From contig NZ_CAMFHX010000005.1 in NCBI RefSeq assembly GCF_945952365.1, positions 6,832-70,831 of the forward strand: DNA of 64,000 bases, read 5' to 3'. How positions within the stretch are numbered: position 1 is the stretch's first letter; every line of letters starts with the position of its first letter. Source of the DNA: an uncultured Cetobacterium sp. (lineage in GTDB: Bacteria; Fusobacteriota; Fusobacteriia; Fusobacteriales; Fusobacteriaceae). The translations under genes were made by a program, and so were the position numbers. The notes under the pieces are model-generated. The model did not search any database. It was given only the letters and a program-made list of their open reading frames with translations, and was not told the origin of the DNA. This document shows, in pieces, positions 9,673-20,052 of the stretch.

Positions 9673-12662
9673 TTAAATCTTCTCAAAAAAATTCTCAAAA
9701 CTGTGAGCTACTTTAAAATCTATTCCAGTATCAATAGCTTTGAAGTGCTCTTTTCCACATTTTATCTTTAGGTTTTCTGTTTCTCTTCTATCCTCTTCAA
9801 ATAGAGAACCTTTAGTTTCAACAACGAAATATAGTTTCTCTTCAGCTCTATCTAAATTAGGTCTTACTAAAACAGCCCAGTCAGGATTATAGTTTCCTAG
9901 AGGTGTTGCTATTTTAAACCAAGCTGGAAGCTTAGCATATACAACAACATTTTTATTTCTCTCTAAATCTTGAGCAAAACTACCTTCTATATCTGAATCT
10001 ATAATAGCGTGAGAATATGGTGACTTTGAACTTTCAATCATATTTCCATTTTTATTCATCTCTGTTTTTAAGTACCCAAATAAATCCTCTGTTTCGAATA
10101 ACTCTTGGCAATAGTACTCCTCTTCACCTAGCTTTTCATACTTAATTCCATCAACTATAAATGCTCTCATAGTTCTTTTTATAACTTCTGTAACCTGCTC
10201 TAAATAAAGTTGTGGATCCTTTTTAAAACTGTATAAAGTTGATGTTCCTGTAAGAATCTCTACTATACTTTTTCTTGTTAAGTTAGTTTCATTTTGTAGA
10301 TAGCTTACAATATCTGGCAGCTTATATCTATTATAAATCTTCATTTCCTCATGCTCAGATACTCCTAACCCATCCTCTTCTATTCCGCCTTGAGTTATTT
10401 GTAATCTCTTTTTTTCGAATAAAAACTTTTCAGATGGTATATATACTGTATTATCAATATTCTCTATACATTTTTTTATTAACTCTTCTTTATTAAAATT
10501 AACTCTGTAAGTAGTTTTATATTTCACCTTTTCCCAAAGTTCTTTAAACTCCTCACTCAATAAAACACCCTTATTAAGAGCAATCTTCTTTTTGTCATCA
10601 GCATTCTTGATAACTAATTTTCCAGCAGTAGATTTTAACTTTTTAATAATAGCAAGTTCTAAAGGTTTGAACTCCTCTGGTAAAACTACTTTATTATCTC
10701 TTAAATCTATTTTTAGTTTATCCTCTGCAATACCTTTAGAGTTTATATAGTTTTGAGTTAACAGATAACTATATATCTCTTCTGATTTTTCATGTCCTAA
10801 ATAAACTTCTTTTCCATACTTTATCTCTGTCACTATATTTGAGAATATATGACTTTCAATAACACCAAATTTGATATTCTCCTCTTTTTCCATCTCTTTT
10901 TGTAGACTATCAACAAATTGTTCATAAGACTCATTTGCCATAACTGTTAAAGTATTCACTTCAAATCCACGAACTCTTTCTCCGTGTTGGTTAACGGCAA
11001 TTCTAAGACCTCTTCCAATCTCTTGTCTTTTCTTTATTTCAGATGTAGTTTCATTCAAAGTACAAATTTGGAATACATTTGGATTATCCCATCCCTCTTT
11101 AAGAGCAGAGTGAGAGAAGATAAATGATAGTGGTTCATCAAAGCTTAATAGCCTTTCTTTATCTCTCATTATTTTGTTAAATGTATCGTTGTCTGCATTA
11201 GTATTTCCCTTTGTATCTTTTTCTTCAAAGTATTCTTTACCACTCTTACTTTTCTTTTTATCCATTGAAAAATAACCATCGTGAACAACAGCAGGTCTTT
11301 CATGCAGAGGAACAGATAATGTACCTAAATCGTGGTACTCAGGATGCTGGATAAGATTAAGATATTCCTCTTCAAACATAATAGCATACTTACCTTTTTT
11401 AGGTTCACCAGTTTCAGTATCATAGATTCTATAGTTTGATACTTTATCAATAAAGAATAGAGATAAAACTTTTATCCCTTGATACTTCAACCTTTTTTGT
11501 TTGTCTAGATGCTCTTTTATAGTTTTTCTAATCTGTAATCTTTTTATAGTATCTGGATTTTCTCCACCGTTTAGTTGTCCTAGAGTAAGTTTAACCTTTC
11601 CTAGATCTACAAAAGATTTAGCAGGGTCCTCTTCATTAAATGTTATTTCATTTACCATATAGCCATCATAGATATCTCTTTTAGTTTTTTCACTTAGAAT
11701 ATCACCATGTTTTATTGAAACCTCTTTTCTAGTTACTTTAGCTCCACTTTTAACATCTAACTCTAACTTTGCACTGATTCCAGTTTTAGTAGCTTTTATA
11801 TCTGTAACTCTTATATATTCTGTATTAGAATTACTACTTACACCTACAGTTGCAACTTCAATCTGTTTAACAAGTTGCTTTTCATAAGCATCCACAGAAT
11901 CTAATTTGAACACAGGATTATATTTTTCTTTATGAGTAGCTGAATATCTTAAAGTACAAAGCGGATTTAAATCTTTTATAGCTTCTTTTGCTTTATCACT
12001 TTCCATGTTTTGAGGTTCATCTATTATTACTACTGGATTACACTGTTGGATATAATCTATTGGTCTATATCTCTTTCTTGCTTTATAACGTTGCTGTCTT
12101 TATTAAAAGAATCTATATTGATAACCATAATTTGAATAGTATCATTAACAGCAAAGTTTCTTATCATATCTATCTTTTTAGAATCATATATGAAATAATC
12201 ATAAGGTACATTATCATACAATCCTTTAAAGTGATCTTTAGTAATCTCTAAAGTTTTGTAAACTCCCTCTTTGATAGCTATTGATGGAACAACTATTATA
12301 AATTTTGTAAAATTATATTGTTTGTTTAGTTCCATTATAGTTCTTAAATAAACATACGTTTTTCCTGTACCTGTTTCCATCTCTACTGAGAAGTTGTAAT
12401 CATCTTTTTTTAGTTTCTTAGTTTGTGGTAATCCGTTTTTAACTTGAATAGAGTTTAAATTTTTTAAAATCTCTTCAGGAAATAGCATCAAGCCATTTCC
12501 TATACCAAGTTCATTTTCAACTGTTCCTAAAACCATTTGAGCTCCTGTTGATTTTTCCACAGTAAACATTGTTTTGTTGCTCTCTTGACCAGAGAATATA
12601 TCTGTAATAGATCCGATTGCATCTAATTGATAACTTAAATCATCTTCAAATTTTATTTTCAA
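9673..12662 (-). pseudogene. res: Type III restriction endonuclease Res subunit, split by a frameshift near 12057-12090 (N-terminal 201-aa ORF 12057..12662 plus C-terminal ORF that is open to 12093)
   Basis: N-terminal ORF carries helicase motif I (TGTGKTYV). Upstream of the annotated Met, the downstream frame reads ...RPIDYIQQCNPVVIIDEPQNMESDK with motif II (DEPQ). The two halves are in frames offset by one nucleotide. Confidence 0.7.
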
Positions 12663-12664
12663 TA

Positions 12665-13663
12665 TTATTCCTCCTCCATAATTAATTTTTTTATATCCTC
12701 TTTTGAAGGAAGAATTGTTTCATATCTACTTGCAAAGATTTGCTCGTTGTTTTCTGGCAGTGTTATCTCTACCAATGTATCATTTTTTTCACGACATATT
12801 ATTATTCCAATAGTTTTATTTTCTTCTGGTAATTTAATAAATCTATCATAGTAGTTAACATACATTTGCATTTGACCTAAATCTTGGTGAGTTACTTCTC
12901 CTATTTTCAAATCAATAAGAACAAAGCATCTCAATAATCTATTATAAAAAACTAAATCTACTCTAAAATGTTTTTCATCAAAAGTAAATCTAACTTGTCT
13001 TCCTACAAAAGTGAATCCTTTTCCTAGTTCTAATAAAAACATCTCTAGCTTGTTAATTATTTCTGATTCTAAATCATGCTCTGAATACTGGTGCTTCTCT
13101 GGAAGCCCTAAAAATTCTAGTACATATGGATCTTTTATTACGTCTATTGGTTTTTCTATTATTTGACCTTTTAACGATAACTCTTTTACAGATTCTTTAT
13201 TTCTACTTAAAACTAATCTTTCATAAAGAGCTGAATCTAATTGTCTTCTAAGTTCTCTTAAACTCCAATTACTGTTAAAAGCTTCAATTTCATAAAACTG
13301 TCTTTCCTCTATATTAGATATTCTCATAAGAATAAGATAATGAGACCAAGATAGATTGAATTCGTCAGACAGTGTCTGACGAATCTTATAAACATCATAA
13401 AAGGTTTTCATCTGCTTTAAATTTGTTTCAGAAAATCCCTTTCCAAAATCCTTTGTTAATCTTATAGAGAGATTTTTTAAAAGTTCTTTACCATAAGTAC
13501 CTCGATATTCACCTTTTTGCTCCTCTTCTAAAATTAGCCTTCCTATTTCAAAATAGGTTTTTACCATGGTTATATTTACTGTTTTCAATACCTTTTCTCT
13601 AGAATTTTTTAAAATATTTAAAATATTTTCATAAAAAATTTCGGTTTTATTTTGCATCTCCAT
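12665..13663 (-). CDS. DUF1016/YhcG-like PD-(D/E)xK nuclease-fold protein inserted between mod and res
   Basis: C-terminal FRVDLVFYN...FVLIDLKIGE resembles the YhcG (DUF1016) nuclease core. 2-bp gaps to both neighbours. Confidence 0.6.
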   Translation of the reverse strand: MEMQNKTEIFYENILNILKNSREKVLKTVNITMVKTYFEIGRLILEEEQKGEYRGTYGKELLKNLSIRLTKDFGKGFSETNLKQMKTFYDVYKIRQTLSDEFNLSWSHYLILMRISNIEERQFYEIEAFNSNWSLRELRRQLDSALYERLVLSRNKESVKELSLKGQIIEKPIDVIKDPYVLEFLGLPEKHQYSEHDLESEIINKLEMFLLELGKGFTFVGRQVRFTFDEKHFRVDLVFYNRLLRCFVLIDLKIGEVTHQDLGQMQMYVNYYDRFIKLPEENKTIGIIICREKNDTLVEITLPENNEQIFASRYETILPSKEDIKKLIMEEE

Positions 13664-13665
13664 AA

Positions 13666-15549
13666 CTATATGCTCCTAATCTCTTTTATTCCAGCTTGTT
13701 TTAGCTTTTGAATAGCGTTTGTTTTATCAACATCATTACTAAATGAGCTATCTCTTAGTACTACTGTAGTTTTATAATCTTCATCTATTTCTAATAGCAT
13801 CTTATACTCTTCACATATAGAATCTATGACATCTAAAGTTATCTCTTTATCCAGGTTAACTAAAAGAGTTCCCCCTCCTATCGAATAGAAATCTTTATTC
13901 TCTACGATTGAAACATTAAGATCTAATCCATATTTTAAAAGAATTTCATAAAGAACATCTAGTGAAGTTCTATCAGCTTTTATATTATCTACTGAATCAA
14001 ATAAAGTTTGCTTTAAATCCTCTGTTTCTGAATCCCACTCTTTAATATTAGAAGTGTCTAGCTTAAATACTTTAAATCCAACGTCTAATTTTTCTCTATT
14101 TTCTAAAGGTAAACTTTCATCAGATTTAATTTTTTCTCCAGCTCTTCTGATTCTTTCTTTTCCTATTTCACAGATGTTTTTGTATCCTGCTTTTGCTGCT
14201 TCTGAATTTTCAGGTGTAGGCTCAGGTAGTTGCACCATTATATATTTTCTATTTCCCCCATCCTCTGCATTTAACTGCATAGTAGCATGAGCCGTTGTTG
14301 CTGAGCCTGAGAAGAAATCTAAGATAATATCTCTACTTTTTGAACTCAAAATTAACATTCTTTTTAATAAATCTATTGGTTTTGGATAATCAAAAAATGC
14401 ATTCCCATCAAAAAGTTTTTTCAACTCTTGTGCTGCTTGTTGATTATGCCCTACTTCATTATAAAACCATAGTGAATTAGGAACAATTCCTGAACTGACT
14501 TCTGATAAAAAAGTTTTTAACCTTGGTGGATTTTCACCACTTGTTCCAAACCAAATTCTGTTTTCAGATACCAATTTATTAAAGTTTTCTTTATTCGTTC
14601 CCCAATATCTACCATTTGGAGGATAAACTTCTTTTCCCGAAGGCGTTGTTATCTTATATTTTAACTTTTCTGTTCCAGATGCTGTTGAAAATACAACTGA
14701 TCTCCATGGTCCCCTAGAATCATTATCAATATTTTTATAATCTTTATTGTCTTCTTCCGTTCTTTCTAAACGATACAATTCAAACCCATCTTTACTATCT
14801 TTTGTTTTCTTTTTAAGCTTTGAATATACTAAAATTGTTTCATGCATAATTGAAAAGTAAGTTGCATCATTTTGTCTCGCAAATTTCTTTTGCCAAGCTA
14901 TATCGACTATGAAATTTTCTTCTCCAAATATTTCATCACATATTTTTTTTAAATTTGTAACTTCATTATCATCTATCGATATAAATATTACTCCATCATC
15001 TGTTAGTAGATTTCTTGCTAGCTTTAATCTTGGATATATCATATTAAGCCAATCAGAGTGGTATCTTCCACTGCTGTCTGAATTTGTACTTAGCTTTTGT
15101 CCCTCTTCTCCAGTTTGCCCTGTTATTTCTAAATAATTCTTTAAACTGTCTTTAAAGTTATCAGGGTATACAAAATCTTTTCCAGTATTATACGGAGGAT
15201 CTATATATATCATTTTAACTTTGTTATGATATGATTTTTGAAGTAGTTTTAACACTTCTAGATTATCACCTTCTATATATAAATTATCTGTGTTATCCCA
15301 ATTTTTAGAGTCTTCTTTTGAAGGTAAAAGTGTTCCAGTACTCGTTTCTTGTGCTATTCTTCTTGCATTAGATTTCCCATGCCAATTGAAAGAGTATCTC
15401 TCGTTTTCTGTATCAATATGTTCCCCTAATACAACTTTTAAAGCATTAAAATCAATCTTATTTTCTGAAAATATTTCAGGAAATATTTGTTTTAATTTCT
15501 CTATATTATCTTGAACTATATTCATGCTTGTTCCATTTAGTTTTTCCAT
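13666..15549 (-). CDS. mod: Type III R-M Mod subunit (N6-adenine DNA methyltransferase, beta class)
   Basis: Motif IV IYIDPPYNTG precedes motif I FFSGSATTAHA. N-terminus KLKQIFPEIFSENKIDFNALK...ERYSFNWHGK is typical of Type III Mod. Confidence 0.85.
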   Translation of the reverse strand: MEKLNGTSMNIVQDNIEKLKQIFPEIFSENKIDFNALKVVLGEHIDTENERYSFNWHGKSNARRIAQETSTGTLLPSKEDSKNWDNTDNLYIEGDNLEVLKLLQKSYHNKVKMIYIDPPYNTGKDFVYPDNFKDSLKNYLEITGQTGEEGQKLSTNSDSSGRYHSDWLNMIYPRLKLARNLLTDDGVIFISIDDNEVTNLKKICDEIFGEENFIVDIAWQKKFARQNDATYFSIMHETILVYSKLKKKTKDSKDGFELYRLERTEEDNKDYKNIDNDSRGPWRSVVFSTASGTEKLKYKITTPSGKEVYPPNGRYWGTNKENFNKLVSENRIWFGTSGENPPRLKTFLSEVSSGIVPNSLWFYNEVGHNQQAAQELKKLFDGNAFFDYPKPIDLLKRMLILSSKSRDIILDFFSGSATTAHATMQLNAEDGGNRKYIMVQLPEPTPENSEAAKAGYKNICEIGKERIRRAGEKIKSDESLPLENREKLDVGFKVFKLDTSNIKEWDSETEDLKQTLFDSVDNIKADRTSLDVLYEILLKYGLDLNVSIVENKDFYSIGGGTLLVNLDKEITLDVIDSICEEYKMLLEIDEDYKTTVVLRDSSFSNDVDKTNAIQKLKQAGIKEIRSI

Positions 15550-15552
15550 TTT

Positions 15553-18270
15553 TTAATCATCTCCATTTATATATTCTAAATACGCTTCTAATATTATGTC
15601 ATTTTTATTTTTTGATTTTATATAATTTTGTAGTAAACAAAGTAAATTTTTATTATTATTTGAATTTTTAATTAATTCTCTTAGTCCTTTTTTAGTAAAA
15701 ATTTCAAAATCATATAATTTAAATAGAGAATAATCAAAGTTTTTTTTATCTAAAGAATAATTTAAAATATTTTGAAATTCTTTTTTCTCAATATACTTAA
15801 TCACATTTTCATTGTCATAATTTTTCATATATTCTATGAATTCAATCGTTACTAAGTTGTTTAAAAGTAAATAAAAAATATTATTTAAAATAACATCTGC
15901 CGTACTTACTAAGGATTTATCTAAATCTAAACTTTGTAACTGCTCTATAATCAATTTTTCTTGAGAAAAATTAGGAGTTATTAATTCTAAATCTATCATT
16001 AATATATATGTTAACATTTCAAATTTTTCTTCTAACTTTATTTTTTCTTCGTTAACAATCTTTTGAATTAAACTTTCCTCTAAAATTCTTGTAAAATATA
16101 ATCTAATCTCTGAATTACTTTTTTCTAAAAAATTTAAAATTTCTTTAGACTCTATAATTTTATCTTCTGTTTTTTCTTTAAAATGATAGGTTAAAAAGTT
16201 AATCAAATCCGAGCTCGGATTAATGAAATCTTTTTCATCAACTATTTTTAAAATTAAATCTTTTAATATATCGCTCTTTAGCTTCTTTATTATTGTATAA
16301 AGAAAATTTATAAAATTGGAAACAGTCTCTCGATACAAAATGTGACTAGAAATAAATAATTCAAAAAAAATAGTGTCATTTAAAATAGTAGTTATACATT
16401 TATTAGCCTGTTCTTCTGTTAGAGACATTTTTGATAATAAAAAAAATATCTTTTGAAGTATTCCATTTACCTTTTCTTTCGATTTTTCTGAAAAATCAAG
16501 AATATTTTTCAAACTCAGAATTAGATTTTCAACACATGATTTATCACATTTTAACTCATCTATAAAATAATCTTTAAATAATAGCTTTAAATCATTTAAA
16601 TTTAATTGTATCATTAAAAAAATATCAAGATAACAAACCTTATCTATTTTTTCAAATTTTGAACCTTTACCTAAAAACTTTTTACCATCTTGAACTTCAT
16701 TAGTATAAGCTATAAATAGTATTTCTAAATATTTTTTTGTAATTTTATACATCTCAAAGCTATTCAAACTTATTCCATTAAATATACAATGATTGAAAGC
16801 TTCTTTTATATAATATTCTGAATTTTCTATTACTGTCATTCCTAAATGACAACTATTTTTATTTCCTCTTATTTTATATAAATAATTTTCAAATTTTTGT
16901 TCAATTTTGCTCAAAGTTAAATTTTCAAAAATTTCTTTATATAACTCTGTCTCATTTTTAAAAAACTTTCTATATATTTTATTCAAATCAATTTTATCCT
17001 TATTTTCAAAGTTGAATCTGTGTTCTTCATTTTGAATATTTGACAAAATAAAATTATTCCAAATAATTTTCTCTCTGGGTAACTTTTGAATTTTATATTC
17101 TTCAATTACTTCTTTAGCTTTTTGAAATTCATTAAAAAATGTAAAGCCGCACGCTATTAGATAATTATTTTTTATTTCATGGATTAAATTTTCAAATTTA
17201 TTTTTATCAAAAATCATTATTGAATTTACTATGCTATTCTCATATTCATTAGAAAACAACTCATTAATCTCTATTTTCTCAGGTTTATTTATAACTATAT
17301 TATTAACCCGAGCTTTAAAAAATATGTCTTTATATTTATATGAATCATCCATTTTTTCTACTGTTATTCCTTTAGTTGTTATTATCCCTTCATCCGAAAG
17401 AAAGTATTTAGAAACGCTTATATCTTTTATAATTTTTTTTAAATTATCTTCTGTTATATAATTTAAATTTTCATAAATCTTAAAGTTTTCTTTCATTTCA
17501 TTATTTTTCCTTCTAGACTCTAAATCTTTTAAAAATTCAGCCAATGTTTCACCTTTGTTACCATTTAAACATTCCAATGAAATCTCATTTATTAATTTAT
17601 TATTATTTTCATTATTTTCAAAATTAACAAGGTATACTTTTCTAAAGTCCTCATTCAATATATCACTAATCCACTTCATAATATTTTTAACATTTATATC
17701 ATTCAATGAATAACCTATAAACAGAACCGTATTTGTTGTAAATAAACTTTTTACAAATGTTGTTATTAATGGAAAGTTTTGTTCATATTTATCATAATCA
17801 CTTTTTTTTAAAACAACATTTCTATTTTCTATATCGCCATGCATTTTAATTATCATTTTTTTGGATTTTGAATATGCTAACTCTTCATCTTTAGTTACCA
17901 AATCATATTCATTATTTTCATTTAATTCAGTTTCAATCAAATTATCATAATTTGTTGTTATTATATAGTCTAAATTAAGTTTACTCAAAGCTTTATGAAT
18001 AAAGTTTGGTTCGTGATTACCCTTAAATGTTTTTTCTAAAATATCATAATACTTTATTTTTCCAAAATGATTATAAAATTTTTCAGGAATTTCTAACATT
18101 TCTTCAGAGCTATAATTATCTTTTTTTATTCCCATATATTCTGCATAACATTTTACCAATGAACTCCAACTAGGCAAATCGCTATTCATTGAAACTCCTG
18201 CTCCAACAAAAATAACTAATTTTTGATTTTGTAATTCTTCTGCTAAAAAATCAATATACTTTTCGTTCAA
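15553..18270 (-). CDS. SIR2-like domain protein (905 aa; N-terminal SIR2_2 NADase-like domain plus long helical C-terminal region; DSR2/ThsA-like)
   Basis: LVIFVGAGVSMNSDLPSWSSLV, TTNYDNLIE, KMHGD and VLFIGYSLND match SIR2_2 core motifs. Stop is 3 nt from the mod start, and the mod RBS (GGAGA) lies inside this ORF. Confidence 0.7.
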   Translation of the reverse strand: MNEKYIDFLAEELQNQKLVIFVGAGVSMNSDLPSWSSLVKCYAEYMGIKKDNYSSEEMLEIPEKFYNHFGKIKYYDILEKTFKGNHEPNFIHKALSKLNLDYIITTNYDNLIETELNENNEYDLVTKDEELAYSKSKKMIIKMHGDIENRNVVLKKSDYDKYEQNFPLITTFVKSLFTTNTVLFIGYSLNDINVKNIMKWISDILNEDFRKVYLVNFENNENNNKLINEISLECLNGNKGETLAEFLKDLESRRKNNEMKENFKIYENLNYITEDNLKKIIKDISVSKYFLSDEGIITTKGITVEKMDDSYKYKDIFFKARVNNIVINKPEKIEINELFSNEYENSIVNSIMIFDKNKFENLIHEIKNNYLIACGFTFFNEFQKAKEVIEEYKIQKLPREKIIWNNFILSNIQNEEHRFNFENKDKIDLNKIYRKFFKNETELYKEIFENLTLSKIEQKFENYLYKIRGNKNSCHLGMTVIENSEYYIKEAFNHCIFNGISLNSFEMYKITKKYLEILFIAYTNEVQDGKKFLGKGSKFEKIDKVCYLDIFLMIQLNLNDLKLLFKDYFIDELKCDKSCVENLILSLKNILDFSEKSKEKVNGILQKIFFLLSKMSLTEEQANKCITTILNDTIFFELFISSHILYRETVSNFINFLYTIIKKLKSDILKDLILKIVDEKDFINPSSDLINFLTYHFKEKTEDKIIESKEILNFLEKSNSEIRLYFTRILEESLIQKIVNEEKIKLEEKFEMLTYILMIDLELITPNFSQEKLIIEQLQSLDLDKSLVSTADVILNNIFYLLLNNLVTIEFIEYMKNYDNENVIKYIEKKEFQNILNYSLDKKNFDYSLFKLYDFEIFTKKGLRELIKNSNNNKNLLCLLQNYIKSKNKNDIILEAYLEYINGDD

Positions 18271-18294
18271 GTTAACTCCTTTCCTTACCTATCT

Positions 18295-18356
18295 AAAAAA
18301 AAGACCCCTATGTTACCACTTATTTCTAAGCGATATGCCTTTCGGCTATAGGGGTA
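18295..18356 (-). terminator. Terminator-like structure between the 226-aa gene and the SIR2 gene
   Basis: Minus-strand ACCCCTAT...ATAGGGGT 8-bp stem (long loop with a GCCGAAAGGC sub-hairpin) followed by T8. Confidence 0.35.
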
Positions 18357-18418
18357 CGGATCTTATTTATTCATTGATAAAATTATAACTCAAAAATAAA
18401 TACGTGTCAATCAAATCC

Positions 18419-19099
18419 CTATTTAAACTCTTTTTTTTCTTTCATTTTAGCCACTAGTTTAGTTTGAATCTCAGCTATTTTATTAAGTTGAGTCTCTTTT
18501 TTTCTAAGAGCTTTCAATTCCTCTATCTCTTTATTTAAAGCCTCTAGTTTTTCTATGTTCCTAGTATCTATGTTTGAATCTATTTTTAGAGTTTTAGATA
18601 GATTATATATTTTTATTTTTTCTATTATGCTTTCGTAGAATAGTTTCAAATTAGTTGAATTAAAATTTTTATAAATAAGTTCTTTTAAATATTCGTCATC
18701 ATTGTTTATCCATAAACTATTTTGCAACTCTTCGACTTTAAAAGTATTCTCTGTAATCTCCTTTTTAGCTAAAGAGATTAGTATCTCATTTTCGAAGCCT
18801 AAGATTACAACAGTTGCTTTAGGAATAAGCTGATGTAATAGCTTTGAAACTGTATTTTCTTTTCCCTTTTCTTTTAATTCAACTTTCAAAAAGTTAATCT
18901 CTTCATAACGCTCTTTACTGTCTATATAGCTTTCAATATTTGTATTCTTATAATTTAATATATATTGGAGTCTGATTCTTTCCACATTTTCTACAAATAT
19001 TCTTTTTAATTTTTCATCTGCATCTGCAACCCTATAAATTATCTCTTTAGGTACAATCTTATCTATCTTCAACTCTTTAGGAAAATTAAATATCTCCAT
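18419..19099 (-). CDS. Hypothetical protein (226 aa) with a K/E-rich coiled-coil C-terminus; last gene of the helicase/ATPase operon
   Basis: Intact ORF 49 bp downstream of the ATPase gene. No motif recognised by eye; possibly DUF4391-like, unverified. Confidence 0.4.
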   Translation of the reverse strand: MEIFNFPKELKIDKIVPKEIIYRVADADEKLKRIFVENVERIRLQYILNYKNTNIESYIDSKERYEEINFLKVELKEKGKENTVSKLLHQLIPKATVVILGFENEILISLAKKEITENTFKVEELQNSLWINNDDEYLKELIYKNFNSTNLKLFYESIIEKIKIYNLSKTLKIDSNIDTRNIEKLEALNKEIEELKALRKKETQLNKIAEIQTKLVAKMKEKKEFK

Positions 19100-19148
19100 A
19101 CGCTTCGACTCCTTTATCTATTTTCTACCTATTTTTTATAACTTATAA

Positions 19149-20039
19149 TTAAAGCTCTAATTCCATAACATTTTCTAAAATATTGTCCATAGATTGACCA
19201 TATGTTAACTCATTCAGTTTTTTTATCTCTATTCCTGAACTGCTCTTTTTCATTACTCTTACATTCTCATTCTTAACACTTCCTATTATGTGTGGAGAAT
19301 GTGTTGCAATTATTACTTGGTTGTTATCACCTATATTCTGATATATTTTTATTATCTTTTGTTGCCATTTTGGATGTAAAGATATCTCTGGTTCATCAAT
19401 TAATATTATCGCATTTTCAGCCTCTATCATCTTAAGGGTAAGTGCTCTCATAAAAAGTTGCTTTTCTCCAGAAGAAAGTCCATTAATATCAAAAACTTCT
19501 CCAAAAGAGTTACTAAATAATGGTAAATCTTTTTCATCAGGAGTAAATCCAATCATTTTTATATCTAACTCTAACTCTTTGAATATTTTATTTGTTTCCT
19601 CTGAAACTTTATCCTTTATCTGCTTATAAGTCATATCTTCGTTATTTTTTTGCATCAGTTTTACTTTTGTTGCTAAATATGATGGAATATCTTTTACTAT
19701 ACTCGAATCAACTTTATTTAAAAATTTGTACTCATATTTATATTTATCACTAGCATTTTTTATCTCTGAAAAATTTATTTCTGTTGGCATATATATAACT
19801 TTAGATAATTTCTTTAAATCAGCTTCTTCATTTAAAAATTCAATTTCTGTTTCGCTTACCACTTCATTATTTTTATTCAAAAAATAATTATAAATAGCTT
19901 CTAATAAATTCGTTTTACCACTCCCATTGCTTCCAGCTATAACTATAAGTTCTTGAGCTTTTCCATCTTTATCCAAAAAATCTATATTTAAATTTTTTAA
20001 TATTTCATGATTTTTTAATTGTATATTTTTAATTTTCAA
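19149..20039 (-). CDS. Small ABC-type/AAA_21-like ATPase (296 aa)
   Basis: Walker A VIAGSNGSGKTNLLEAI; Walker B/D-loop AIILIDEPEISLHP; ABC signature-like LSSGEKQLF. Confidence 0.7.
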   Translation of the reverse strand: MKIKNIQLKNHEILKNLNIDFLDKDGKAQELIVIAGSNGSGKTNLLEAIYNYFLNKNNEVVSETEIEFLNEEADLKKLSKVIYMPTEINFSEIKNASDKYKYEYKFLNKVDSSIVKDIPSYLATKVKLMQKNNEDMTYKQIKDKVSEETNKIFKELELDIKMIGFTPDEKDLPLFSNSFGEVFDINGLSSGEKQLFMRALTLKMIEAENAIILIDEPEISLHPKWQQKIIKIYQNIGDNNQVIIATHSPHIIGSVKNENVRVMKKSSSGIEIKKLNELTYGQSMDNILENVMELEL

Positions 20040-20052
20040 TTTTATTCTCCTC

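Noticed and set aside
11988-12251. 87-aa plus-strand ORF spanning the res frameshift region
   Set aside because: It is antisense to conserved Res helicase sequence (motifs I and II are readable on the minus strand). Its translation is an Ile/Tyr/Leu-rich artefact.
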